A DNA stretch of 63,801 bases, filler included, from Octopus bimaculoides (taxonomy: Eukaryota): the NCBI RefSeq assembly GCF_001194135.2. It is 7 parts of 6 records of this genome, joined end to end, with 100 filler letters (N's around TTAATTAATTAA, not from the genome) between each part and the next. Parts side by side here need not be neighbours in the genome. Positions count along the whole stretch, not along the records: positions 1 to 29,812 come from NC_068983.1; 6 more parts are not named here. One strand, 5' to 3'. Positions 1 to 13,129 of the stretch are shown here, piece by piece. The first letter of the stretch is position 1; each line of letters starts with the position of its first letter. The position numbers and the translations under genes were made by a program. The notes beneath the pieces are model-generated. The model had not been told where the DNA came from. It did not search any database and worked only from the letters and a program-made list of their open reading frames with translations.

Positions 1-684
1 TCTATATTTTCTTCCACGTCGAAGATTACGGCCGCTGCCGCCCACATTACGTCATACCTAAATGGTATGTCTTCTACAGTTACACGTGCTGTTCGTTTTC
101 CCATGTAAGTGGGCAGCAGCATAATTAGGTCTGTTTTCAAGGTTTCTGTCGAAACCTCCTTTGCCACTTCCGCCGACTCGAAGTGAACTTCGATAGTTGC
201 ACTTCTTGTACCGCGGTTTACGTGAATGACTTTGGACCAAATTGGCGCCAAACACAGCTCCACCAGTTCATTACGCGCCTCTGCAATTTTTTTTTCCTTA
301 ATGTTAAATACCTTGTATACCACATTTTTTTCCTTAATTGCGTTGACTGCCTCGGGTGGTGGAATTAGCTTCGTTTCACCATCTACCTTTTGTACATATT
401 TCCGGTATGTATACAGACTTTCCTTTGACATTTTTATTTCAATGGAGTCACCTCCAACGGCCTGTGCAAAACTTGGTTTTCCTTTAGGAACACCTTTACG
501 TACACCTTCCTCCTCCATGGGAAGGACANNNNNNNNNNGGAACACCTTTACGTACACCTTCCTCCTCCATGGGAAGGACACCTTCCGCTACAATTAGAGT
601 AGCCATATTTGTCAAAAGACAAAAACACAAATAAAGTTTTTTATATAGAATCTTTTTTTTCGCCCCGTAGGGCGAAAACAACTG
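1..684 (-). mobile_element. 5' end of a non-LTR retrotransposon (probably L1/Tx1-like): short 5' UTR plus ORF1, running off the window start
   Basis: ATG at 606-604. After removing the 42-bp gap-flank duplication the frame is open to base 1: MATLIVAEGVLPMEEEGVRKGVPKGKPSFAQAVGG...RSATIEVHFESAEVAKEVSTETLKTDLIMLLPTYMGKRTARVTVEDIPFRYDVMWAAAAVIFDVEENI. The RRM-like pattern is recalled from Tx1/L1 ORF1. It is absent from the ORF track because there is no stop inside the window. Confidence 0.6.
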
Positions 685-1830
685 TATACCAACAGTTATT
701 TAAACAGTTATTCAATACAAAGAGTTAAACAGACACGAACTCACACCGCAACAGCAAACAAAATCTCGATGGGAAAAATTAATATATCTTCCTTAGCACA
801 AGAAAAAGACGTGTGTTGCCTCCCTGCAAATGCCAGAAGTTATGGAGATTAAATACGCTTTACACCGCTTAATCAGCCAAAGGAGTAAATGTAAACAACT
901 GAATACTTGTCAGTGATTGGTTGAAATTATCGAAATAAGACAATTTTTTACATGAAATAAATTCGAATACAAAAATATTTTTCTGTTCTATAACACAAAA
1001 TAGATAAGTATACGAAGTTTGAAAGTCTTTCGGTACCAAAAACACTACCTAAAACATTAATGAAAATGTGGCCCCCGTTTTAAAATAGATCCGAGAGACT
1101 ACTAACAAATGCGAAGCCCTACAAAACAACCACGAAACCAACAGTTAAAAAATGTGGATGCTCAAATTGTGGAACCTGTTCNNNNNNNNNNNNNNNNNNN
1201 NNNNNNNNNNNNNNNNNNNNNNNNNNNNNNNNNNNNNNNNNNNNNNNNNNNNNNNNNNNNNNNNNNNNNNNNNNNNNNNNNNNNNNNNNNNNNNNNNNNN
1301 NNNNNNNNNNNNNNNNNNNNNNNNNNNNNNNNNNNNNNNNNNNNNNNNNNNNNNNNNNNNNNNNNNNNNNNNNNNNNNNNNNNNNNNNNNNNNNNNNNNN
1401 NNNNNNNNNNNNNNNNNNNNNNNNNNNNNNNNNNNNNNNNNNNNNNNNNNNNNNNNNNNNNNNNNNNNNNNNNNNNNNNNNNNNNNNNNNNNNNNNNNNN
1501 NNNNNNNNNNNNNNNNNNNNNNNNNNNNNNNNNNNNNNNNNNNNNNNNNNNNNNNNNNNNNNNNNNNNNNNNNNNNNNNNNNNNNNNNNNNNNNNNNNNN
1601 NNNNNNNNNNNNNNNNNNNNNNNNNNNNNNNNNNNNNNNNNNNNNNNNNNNNNNNNNNNNNNNNNNNNNNNNNNNNNNNNNNNNNNNNNNNNNNNNNNNN
1701 NNNNNNNNNNNNNNNNNNNNNNNNNNNNNNNNNNNNNNNNNNNNNNNNNNNNNNNNNNNNNNNNNNGATATATATTACTACTTACCACGTGGGGATAATC
1801 GAAATTTCTCTTTCTCTGTAACTACTATAT

Positions 1831-1882
<52 letters not shown>

Positions 1883-1889
1883 TTATTAT

Positions 1890-2230
1890 CCTCATTTGGC
1901 ACCTGGTGTCCATGCTGGCATGGGTTGGACGATGTGACCAGGGCTGGTAAGCTGAGATGTTGTACCAGACTCCAGTCTGATTTGGCATGGTTTTTCTATG
2001 GCTGGATACCCTTCCTAATGCCAAACATTCTGAGAGTGTAATGGGTGCTTTTACATGCCACTGGCACAGGTACTATTTACGTGAAACCGGTGTCTGCCAT
2101 GACTGTGATTTTTTCAGTTTGATGGGTCTTCTTCTTAAGCATAACATAATGCCAAAGGTTTCAGTAATTGCATCCCATGAGACCCAACACTTGAGAGGAA
2201 TTCACCCATTTTGCCTCTGTGAGACCCAAT
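1890..2230 (-). mobile_element. RTE-associated 3' repeat fragment, (ATG)n-tailed family
   Basis: Shares ccatgctggcatgggttggac...ccagtctgatttggcatgg...ggatacccttcctaatgccaa with copies at about 2505-2615, 22838-22960, 26480-26570, 28880-29255 and 39110-39560. Confidence 0.65.
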
Positions 2231-2243
2231 GCTCAAAAGGATC

Positions 2244-2274
<31 letters not shown>

Positions 2275-2628
2275 GTTGTGTGTGTTTCTCATGTTTCCTC
2301 CTCTATACTCCTGCAGCTTTGCGTTACTGATGCTACAATATTATACAATATTATTGAAGCTGCAATGATTTTTGGTCAATAACTGATGAGGGGTGAGTGT
2401 GTCAATGACCATTGTATGATCTTTTCCTGCTTTCCTAGATTTCTGTACAATCCTTTGTTATCCTACTATGTCACAATTTACTCTGTGTGTGTGTGTGTGT
2501 GTGCATCATCATCATTGCCATCATCATTTAACGTCTGTTTTCTATGCTGGCATGGGTAGAATGGCTTGAGAGAAGCTGGCAAGCCTGGGAATCATACCAG
2601 ATTCCATAGTTTGTTTTTGGCTTGGATT

Positions 2629-2685
<57 letters not shown>

Positions 2686-3138
2686 NNNNNNNNNNNNNNN
2701 NNNNNNNNNNNNNNNNNNNNNNNNNNNNNNNNNNNNNNNNNNNNNNNNNNNNNNNNNNNNNNNNNNNNNNNNNNNNNNNNNNNNNNNNNNNNNNNNNNNN
2801 NNNNNNNNNNNNNNNNNNNNNNNNNNNNNNNNNNNNNNNNNNNNNNNNNNNNNNNNNNNNNNNNNNNNNNNNNNNNNNNNNNNNNNNNNNNNNNNNNNNN
2901 NNNNNNNNNNNNNNNNNNNNNNNNNNNNNNNNNNNNNNNNNNNNNNNNNNNNNNNNNNNNNNNNNNNNNNNNNNNNNNNNNNNNNNNNNNNNNNNNNNNN
3001 NNNNNNNNNNNNNNNNNNNNNNNNNNNNNNNNNNNNNNNNNNNNNNNNNNNNNNNNNNNNNNNNNNNNNNNNNNNNNNNNNNNNNNNNNNNNNNNNNNNN
3101 NNNNNNNNNNNNNNNNNNNNNNNNNNNNNNNNNNNNNN

Positions 3139-3186
<48 letters not shown>

Positions 3187-5129
3187 TACATGTACATACT
3201 TACATGTATGTATATATGTACATGTGTGTAGATAGATAGATAGATGTAACCCCATGCCTACAGATACATGCACATGTAACCATGCGTACATTTCCATACA
3301 CACACCTTGAAGTAGGAGATTTATATGTGATTTACAAAGAAGTTGTTTTTCCACCCACCACCTTTTTTTTTCTTTTCTTGCTATCATTCCCCCCCCCTCC
3401 CAATATTGTATTTCTCTCATTCTTTTCCCATCTTTCTGACTATCTCTCACTTTGTCTCTCTTTCTCTCTTTCTCTTGTGTTTGTCTTCTTACATTCTGTA
3501 CTTGTCAGTCTTTTAGAAAAGAATATTTCTCTGATGTTTTATTATCCTATAGAACAAGACACATGACTTTGTCCTGGATAGTAAATTATTGATGAATAAT
3601 ACGAAAAACATTGTTGAAGACAGTAACAGTGGCAAGAGTGGAATTGGTGGGTCTGAAGGAGTATGTGTTAATCGTGGCAGTGGTTGTAGTGATAGTTAAA
3701 GGGAAATTTTGATGGTAATGGTGGTGAGATTGTGCTTGATGTATCTATAACAATAACAGACACCAAAGAGAGAATATTATATTAACCATAATAATAATTA
3801 TCCTTATTATTAATATATTTATCATATTTTCAAGTTTCATGTGAGTTTCTGCTATGCCACTATGTGCACCTCTACGTCTCTGAGATGTGTGCAGGTTTGT
3901 CTTTTGAGGGAGTAGATTATAAGAATATGTTCTATTTTTTTTGCATTGTCATACAAGTTTGTTTTTGTTGTTTCTGGTGATATTTTAGAGTTTTGTCTGT
4001 TTATTGTGTGAAGTATATGTTATGTGAATTTTGTTATTCTTTTTCTTGGTTGCCTTTGTGATTTGTATATGTTGTGTGAGATGTATTTTGTGTTTTAACA
4101 TCACATGGTTATTGTGAAAAATATGTTCTCTGTGCATATTGCTAGCAGTGTTATATACATGGGTAGCAATTATGTAGAATGTGTATTGTGTGAGTTGTTG
4201 CTGTAGATTCAGGTGTTAATTATGCAAGAATATGTGTGGAATTATTTTTCAGGGGTAGTGGTTATATAGAGTATTATCACTGAGTTTAGAATATGAGTTG
4301 CATACGTTGTTGGTAATATGTGGGATGTGTTTCACAATTGCCACCCAATAATATAACACACCCAACGCCCACGGAAAACATATTCTTCACAATAACCAAC
4401 TGACACTAAAACCCAAAACAGAACACTTACAACACATCAAAAGCACAATTACCACCTTACAAAATCTACAGCTCACATTTCACATAATCAGTGTATTATG
4501 CCGATTACATAATAATATATGTTGTGATGTTTTATTGGATGGTGATTTTTAAAAGCATGTGCTACAGGAGTTGTAGCAATGGCTAAGTAGAATATGTGTT
4601 GTGCTATTTAATTCAATGGTGATTATAAAGTGTATTGTGTGACTTGGACTGCTTTATTACAGGATGATTTTATGGTGTTTGCATTCTGTGAGTTGTATTA
4701 TTGTATTAGATAATTATTGTTGCAATTATTGAAAATGGTGAACAGCTGGAAGCTAGAATTTAGTTATATCCTTTAACATATTGGAGTCAATTCCTCATAG
4801 GTCAATTTGCTGAGGTCAATACCTGTTAGCTGATAGAGTCAATTAAGTAAATCATATCTTTTAACCCAGATTTGTACCATTCTACTTATATTAAGAAGAA
4901 ACAACTTTTATTTTTTAATAATTATTATTGTCAAGATTAATGTATAATAGATATGTTATAACTCAAAAGTAATTGTTTTGAGTTATCTAAGGACTTCCCT
5001 TTACATACTGTAACTTGCATTCATGCCTGAAAGTGACAAAATAAGCACAAGTCAAGTTCTAAAATCAATTGTTACTGTTGCTTCCTAGAAGTCATACTAA
5101 TTATCATTACAGAATTTCATGGTGATACA

Positions 5130-6700
5130 CAGAAACACGTCTTTGAAATTTAGTGACAAGTGTCTCAAACTCTCAAAAATATTGCCAAGGAAGTGTACAG
5201 TATAAAGATGACAGGCTTTTTAACCTTGTCTGATCAAGTTTTGATATTGTCTCTCAATTCCTTGAATAATGTTTTTGATGTTTCTTTAAATACTATTGCT
5301 ACTATAGAAACTATTGCTACTATGACAACACAGGTAATTGCAAATATATTTCCACAGTTTCCTCACATCTCTAGTCAATTTCTATTGCTGTTCCTTATTT
5401 TCATGTTTTTACTTTAGTACAGCAAAATCATATATATTTTACCTTTTTTTTTTCTCTACTATAATCATATCTGGTCTCTGTGTCTATTGTACAGACAAAC
5501 CCTCTGAATCTTACAACTGCCATTTTCAGAAGTAGCTTCTTGGATACGTAAGTAACATTTTTCATTTATTCGTAATCCAATCTTATTATTAACCTCGTAG
5601 CATATACTTTTGCCTGTCCTGTCTCTTTATTTCTGTGTGTTGCGTTGTTTTTGTTTTTTCTTGTACCAATGTCTTTTTATATCAATTTGTTACATCCTCA
5701 CTTTGTATGGTTGACATTTTTGTGTACTCTGTCAAAAACATTCTAAATGGTTTTTTTTCTTTTTACTTTTATTTTTGCTAAAACTACCCACTTTTGCTTT
5801 AATGATGTTTATTCTACTTGTTTCTACTCAAAGGGTCATGATCAGAGCTTCTGTTTCCTCACTTTTGTTCTCAATATTTCAGTTACATCCACTATTCTCC
5901 TCCTTCAATACTTACTGTTTGCTTGATAAACTAGCCACATAACACTTTTTCTTTTCATTTTCCTATTTTCTCTCCTTTACAATTTTTTTTTTCTTCTTTT
6001 GTGTTTTTGCTATTTATCATCCTTGTTACAATGCACATAAGCTTGTTCCATAATTGCCAATTCAGTAGTTCTCTAAGTTTTTTCCTTTATATTTAAGTCT
6101 ACCAACATTTTTGTGGAAGTAATCCATTGTGCATTGTTAGTGGTGTGGCATTCTGATGTATTTATCCATTCCCTCTGGTTAATTTTTCATCCAATGAAGA
6201 AAAGCTGCAAAATATCAAAGTATTAATATTGCTACTATGTTGATTTCTTTAACGATGTTCTTCTCATTTAGTTTTGTTTCAAAGATTTTCTTACCCTCCT
6301 TACTATCCTTTTAAATTCTTCACTAATTTTACCTTTTATTTCCTTCTGTTTAATCTCATCCTCCTGAAACACATCCAAATAATTATTCCACTCACTGCAT
6401 CAGTGATCTTACTGCCTTGTTATCTGAAAGAGTGATTTACTCAGACTTTGCCCATTTCCTTTGTTACAAGTACAGCACACATTTTAATACCAAAATGCAT
6501 TCTCATTATGATCTAAAATTCTTACAGATTGTATCAAAGAATTTTACCCCATACTTTTGAAGTAAATGTTAATGTCATCCATGAACATTAAATGGTTAAT
6601 TCCCTCATTAGTTTTGGTTAGATGCCACCTCCAGCCCATTCTTTCATACCTTATAAGACAGGAGGATCAAAGTACGCTTAAGCAGAAGTGAGCATAATGA
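5130..6700 (-). mobile_element. Degraded R4/Dong-clade (RLE) retrotransposon: RT to endonuclease region
   Basis: Minus-strand remnants INHLMFMDDINIYFK (RT YADD-equivalent), NSLIQSVRI, EIKGKISEEFKRIVRRV, LTMHNGLLPQK and RPDMIIVEKK...IYDFAV (PD..D nuclease), with many stops and frameshifts. Confidence 0.7.
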
Positions 6701-6749
6701 ATCTTCTTGGAAAATGTCTCTTTATTCTAATTATCATCCAGTTGCTTTT

Positions 6750-8455
6750 CACTACATGTCAGTTCAACGTACAAATAACTTACACTGGTCTCAGTGAAGT
6801 TTTGTATACCAACTTCAAAACCACATATTTTCAAGCACTCCAGAACCATAGTATAGAGGATCAGATCACAGGATTTTCAATAAACAATTCCTCTAAGCAC
6901 TTTTTTCTTTCTCTTCCTGGAGTATCATTTGGTGAATATACTAGCTGATCATCTGTTACTCATTATCTTAATTATTGTACTCCAATATGTAGGTATAATA
7001 TTTCCATAAAGAAGCATATCTCATTATTTATTATTCTGGCCAAATGATGTTATTTGATAATCCTGTAGTGGTTCATTTTAGCTTCTTTCCTTTTGTCTTT
7101 CCATATTAGACTAGTTTTTCATCTTCTCTTTAACGATAGTGAATTTTCTGCTCGGCATTGATTAAGATATCATATGAACTAAAAGTATAAATCCATTCAG
7201 ATTATGCACCAGAAAACTTGAAATCCATCTTGGGATTAATGTTTAGTATTTTAGTTTGTATTTTCGCTGGCCACAACTTTACATAATTCTTTTCCTTAAA
7301 TAAGTATAGTCTCGTTTCTGTTTTGCAAGTCTTATCACAAAAAATTTAACATTTAGTCTGTTTTCATATTATGCCTGATTTTGTTACCCTAAATGCCTTA
7401 CCATTTCCAGTTCATATCCATTCATAGGTAGGTATGTACTTCATTTTGTCCTTGTTTGTATGTAAGCCAATCTGTGAAGCACAAGACTCAAATCACAATA
7501 AAAGAAGTTGGGCTTGTTCTATTGCTTCTGATATAAATACTAAGCTATCAGCATAATCTGTGAGAAGCACTGTAGCATGTCTCCTGCTGCATGCTTGTTG
7601 TAGTTATCATCTTTTTATTGCTTCTCTCATTACATAATCTAGTACTATTATGAATAGGAAGGAGGAAAAGGTGTCACCTTAAAATACTCCAGCTAGAATT
7701 TCAAAGGACTTAGAGTTAACTCAGGACTCAGGTAAGAAGACAGTTAAAAGACTCAGGCAAAGAGACAGTATCTTCATAGAGGTGCCTTTGTGGAGCGCTT
7801 CAGTAGCAGAGGACATTTTCCTGGTGAAGCTGTAAGCAATCAGTATATTCATTAGCTTATCCCTGTAGATCAATTCAAAAAAGCCTTTTGGAAGTCTACA
7901 AATGTCAGTTCTGCTGGAAGCTATTTTGATTTAACACCTTCAAAGAGTAGACTTAATGTTAGTACCTGTGCAGTTGTTCTACTTTTACAAAATCCATTGC
8001 GTTGTTTGCATGGAAGCAGATCAACATGTGGCCTTATTCTATTCAGGAACATTTTGTTGTAAATTTATGATACCACCACTGTTAATGTGATGCCTCTGTA
8101 GTTTCCTGTAGATGCTAAGTTGGCTTTCTCACTGTCTCCACACTGTTGCTACATCACATTCATATGCTTTAATACAAACCTTCAGGAGTTTTAAGAAGCC
8201 AGTTTCCAAAACTTCAGCTAGAATATTATCAAGCCCTAAAGCTTTATAGTTCTGAACTTCTTTGATAGAAAGTTTCAGTTCTTATATCATAAATACTCCA
8301 GTTTCTATTGGGAGGATGCCATAGATGTTTGGAATTTAGACATCATCAATCACTAGGGTTTGGCCAAGCAGACTCAGGAAATGCTTCTTCTAAGACCCAC
8401 TCTTTTCTCAACATTTTTAGCTTTTATCTGACCAGAGTTGGTCTTCTTCCTCCCT
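6750..8455 (-). mobile_element. Degraded RTE-clade LINE ORF
   Basis: Minus-strand remnants GRKKTNSGQIKAK, GLDNILAEVLETG, LPAELTFVDFQKAF, GDTFSSFLFIIVLDYVMREA and VGLHTNKDK; heavily disrupted. Confidence 0.7.
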
Positions 8456-8460
8456 TCTGG

Positions 8461-8650
8461 AGGCACATGGCTTAGTGGGTGGACTATTGATTTGTAAGAT
8501 TGTGGTTTCAGTATCTGGACTGAGTGACGTTTTGTGTTCTTGAACAAAATACTTCATTTGACATTGCTCCATTTCACTCAGCTGGCTAAAATGATTAATC
8601 CTGCAATGGTCTGGCCTCTTGTCCAGGTGGAGAATATATACTCCACAAAA
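8461..8650 (+). mobile_element. tRNA-head SINE, family C (CORE-like centre), degraded
   Basis: ggcacatggcttagtgg...gtgttcttgaacaaaatacttcatttgacattgctccatttcactcagctgg; similar to the copy at 13212-13535. Confidence 0.6.
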
Positions 8651-11525
8651 CCAGAAAACTGGCCCTTCTGAGTTGAGATGAATCGAGAAGATAACCTTAT
8701 TTTACTTTACTTCCTAAGACTTCATCATTTAATGAAATGGGAGATTAAAGAAACAGCAAAAGAAGGCACAAACATAAGCTTATGCATATGCGCATACACA
8801 TGTGTGCATGCATGCATGTGTGTATGTGCACACATGTGTTTGTGTATGTGTGTGTGCATGCGCATGTGTGTATGTTAATATGCATACATACATACATACA
8901 GTACAAGTTGATACACACTACTGATGAAGCTCAAAGAAGTGGAAGTCTGTATTTAGCAATGGCACCACTGCTGTTGGTCAAGTTTTACCAGCTGCTGACA
9001 CATTTTTGTGTTTTTTATCACTAAACATCTATAAGATACTTTTTTTCTGAAAACAGATACCACTGTTTAAAAGCATTCAATATTTTAAGTAATTAAGGTT
9101 AATTACTCAAAGTTAATTACATACATATAAATACAAGGTCACAAATATAGATAAAGATTTGCACAAACAGATTCACATGCATTTAATCAACAGATATGCA
9201 CTTCCTTACACACAAGCAATTTCATCTCTCTGTCTACTTTTAGATACACACTTCATGTTTCCCCTCTCTCTCTCTTTTTCTCTCTCTCTCTTTTTCTCTC
9301 TCTCTCACTCTCACTCTTTCTCTCTATCTCTCTCATTCTTTGTTTGTCTCCAGTCTCTCTCTTTCTCTTATGTAAAGGAAGAAGATATAATAAAAAAAAA
9401 GTACAACACAGAAAGAGAATTCATGGATGGCCTTTGAAATGAATAACAAGTATATAAAGAAGGAATATAGCATGTCTATATGCATATATACAGATGTACA
9501 CACACACACATACACATACATATACATATATATACATATGTACACCTGCACACATATATATATACATATATGGATAGACATGTGCGTATGCATAAATGCT
9601 TACACATACAAAGATATACATTCACACATACACATATGAATGCACGCACGCACACAAACACACATTCGCGCTTATATGTAAATAGTTGAAGACAGTATTT
9701 TCTGTGACATCTTTCAATATATAATACTGATATGTTCAAAGGTCTTACAGGCAGATAACAAAAGAAAAGTATATGACAGAGAAAAAGAAAGTCTTCATTG
9801 CAGCTTTGATGGGAGAAAGCTACAGGATGGTGAGCAGAATCACTGAAGAAAAAAACAGTGTGGAAGAATAAAGAAAAGAGAATGGGTGGAGGGGTAACTT
9901 AAACCATATGTGAGAAGCATAAGATAAAGAAAAAATAATGTATAAACTTTAACTTGCACACATACATACATACATACATACATACATACATGGATGCATG
10001 CATACATACATACATACATAGAACTTATGTATGCCCACACATGTGTATATAGATATATGTAAATACATATACACCTGTTCCCATACACACAACAAAATCA
10101 TATTTACATATAAAAATAAATCATTGGTGTTAATTATACAGAGTTAATTACTTGCATAAACAAATACAAGAGTACAAACACATAAACTTACAGACACACC
10201 CACATACGTACACATACATGCACACACACGCGCGCACGCACACACATACCCGCACACACACAGACACACGCACACACACACACAGACAGACACACACACA
10301 CACACACATATTGTACTCAGACTGGAAGAAACCTATACATCTGGAAGTATACTGGAAAATAAAAGAAAACATAGAATAATTTATTGTTCTTTTCCACTGT
10401 TTTTTCCCCAACGGATCTCACCATGTTATTTTAAACATAAGCATTCTATGTAGTATTAATTCAACTTGAATCATTTTAATTCAAATGACTTAAGTCCCAT
10501 TCAGTTAAGATATGAAAGGAGAATTTATATTCTCATTTAATTTTCTATGTATTTATCCATAAGACAAGTATTGGGCTAATTTATTCAAATTAATAATGCC
10601 CAAAATAAAACTTTTGCTACTATCTTTCTAGGACACTTTATCATTTATTTATATATTTTCTTACACTACCTTATCCACTGCAGATATATGTTACCCTCTT
10701 TGTATTTACTTCAGTAAATTTTTTCTAAGATATTTTCTTATCAATCTAAGCAACTTCTCCAGCATAGATTTATGTTTGTTTTATTTAAATTCAATTCTTC
10801 ATCTCCCTACAATAAGTTCAGCTCTTAAAATAGAAACAATTGGTGCATCAGTGATGCAATTTTTACACATATCTTTTCATGCTGTCATTAACTGCATTTT
10901 CTTTTACTGTCAAGGATTATCTGTACATTCCTGTCTAGCATTATGATGGTGATCTTTGCTTAGCAAGTCATAATTATTCCTTCAAGCAACCCAATACATT
11001 TATATTATTACTTCAATATCTGTAAACCTTTTAAAACTTGGTGTCTATATTTATTATTGGTGTTCTTTTTCCATTCTCTCATGTCACTCTTACCTCAGTA
11101 GAATTGGTTTCCTATATTTTGAATATTTTATATTGTGACTTGCAAACAATAGCATCATTGAACTACAATTTCCAACAAGGCAGTCACTGGTTCACAGCAT
11201 TTTTGATAGCAATAGTAACAAGTGAGCATTATAATTTGGTACAAAATAAATATCTTACAGGACTTTTCCGATTTCCTCAGTGAGGATTACACACTTTACT
11301 GATAAACATCATCAAAATATGTAAATAAAATATGCAAATAAAACCTTCACTGGTTTCCACATTGTATATTTCAGTTGTTCAATCAACCAAACTGCTTACA
11401 TAATCTTAGATTCCACAGGTACATGTAAGCTTCATGTAATGTTCAAATAGAAATAGCGTGTCTCAGAATGGCCATTAGAACTACAGATACACTGCATCTG
11501 ATGATCTTCCATATATTCTGCTTAC

Positions 11526-11642
11526 CTAATTCAACAGAGAAGGTATTAGTCAAGGTAACGGTATAATAGAAAACATTTGACCAAGGGGCTGCATAGTTGG
11601 ATTCAACCTCAGAATCATGTAAATGTGAATCAAACTTCTTAA
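11526..11642 (-). CDS. Candidate internal exon (117 nt, phase 1-1) of an unidentified gene: KKFDSHLHDSEVESNYAAPWSNVFYYTVTLTNTFSVEL
   Basis: Acceptor tttattttatttccatatAG, donor TTAG/gtaagc, open symmetric frame, non-repetitive sequence. Confidence 0.5.
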
Positions 11643-11683
11643 CTATATGGAAATAAAATAAACTCATATTTAATTATTATTAT

Positions 11684-12141
11684 AGGAAAACTCACAGCTA
11701 ATGTCCACAGCCAGCAGACTAAGGTGACACTTGTTTACTGGTCATACTTCAAAAACCTTGCAAAGAATTCTTGTAGTTCCAAGCAATGCTGATTTTTGTG
11801 GGTGTTCTCTCTTCACACCTGCACTGATCTTTTCCAGCCATGTTGGTAGTTGAGTGCTGATATTTCCAAGTACATCAATTACTATTGGATTCACGTCTAC
11901 TCTCTTCATTGACCACAACCTTCATATTTCCGACTTTAAATTGTCATAATTTTGCTCTTTGTAGGCCATGATTTCCACAGAGCTCCCAGTGGATCATTCT
12001 TGCTACATTGTCATGGTGTCATTTATATTCATGTTGTGCCAATTTCGGGCATTCATTAATAATGTGCCTGCCATACGATATAATCGATTAGTCTCCTCCT
12101 CAAAAATTTCAAGCCAAATGCCTTTAGTAGATAGGATTGTC
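11684..12141 (-). mobile_element. 5'-truncated, internally deleted R4/Dong 3' end flanked by (TAA)n
   Basis: HIINECPKLAQHEYK-HHDNVARMIHWELCG (zinc-knuckle region), then LWSMKRVDVNPIVIDVLG...QKSALLGTTRILCKVFEV-stop and a short 3' UTR ending in taataataa. Confidence 0.8.
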
Positions 12142-12284
12142 ATTATTATTATTATTATTGTTGTTGTTATTATTGTAATTGTTGCTATGGTTGTTGTTGT
12201 TGTTATTCTCTTCTTCTTCTTCTCCTTCTCCTTCTTATCATTATCATTATTATTAGTAATAGTAGTAGTAGTAGTATATAAGGC

Positions 12285-12415
12285 AGCAAGTTGACAGAAT
12301 CATTACCACATCAGACAAAATGTTCGGCAGTATTTCATTTGTGTTTACATTCTGAGTTCAAATTCTGCCGTGGTCAACTTTGCTTTTCATCCTTTCAGGG
12401 TCAATAAAATAAGTT
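12285..12415 (+). mobile_element. tRNA-head SINE, family B
   Basis: gcaagttgacagaatc...ttctgagttcaaattctgccgtggtcaactttgcttttcatcctttcagggtcaataaaataag. Other copies at about 12775-12910, 16800-16900, 24930-25050, 28030-28140 and 36490-36580. Confidence 0.7.
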
Positions 12416-13129
12416 ATAGTTATAGTAATAATTTTTCTACTAAAGGCACAAGGCCTGAAATTTTGTAGAAGGAGTCTAGTCATTTAGTTTTTTGATGATT
12501 CCAATGCTTAAATGGCACTTATTTTATGATCTCAGAAAGGCAAAACTGATCTCATTAGAATTTGAACACAGTACATAATGACAGAAGAATTGCTGCTAAG
12601 CATTTTGTCCAGTGTGTTAACAATCCAGCCTTACCTATAGTAATAATAAAAAATGAGTTCAAGAGTCAGGCCTTGCACCTTTAGTAGAAAAATTATTCCT
12701 ATAATTGGCAGTGCCCAGTATGGCCAGAGCTTTAAGACTGAAACATATAAAAGAATAAAAGAATAACTATTAGGGCGGCAAGTTAGCAGAATCATTAGAG
12801 TATTGAAAAAAAAGTGTTTTGAAAAACTTGTTCCAACTCTTTACATTCTGAGTTTAAATTCTGCCAGAGTCAGCTTTAAGTATCATCTCCTTGGGGACAA
12901 TAAAATAAAATGTTGAGGTTGGTGATATCAATCAAGTACCATGGTTAATGATATCAACAACCTCTTACCTTTCAAAATTACTAAACTCATGCTTAAATCA
13001 GAGACAATATTCCTATAATTATCATTACAGATCATGGATGGAAAGCCTTTCATTTGAATAATATTTGACAACAACAATAACTCACTTGGAATAATTGTAA
13101 TATTGGTTACAAATTTTGGCAGAAGGCCA

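Noticed and set aside
487-580. 42-bp direct repeat flanking a 10-N gap
   Set aside because: Typical unmerged contig overlap; removing one copy restores the ORF1 frame. The same artefact is likely at about 54270-54350.
5495-5547. Plus-strand exon-like segment with AG and GTAAGT boundaries
   Set aside because: It lies within the antisense of the Dong endonuclease region; chance splice-like sites.
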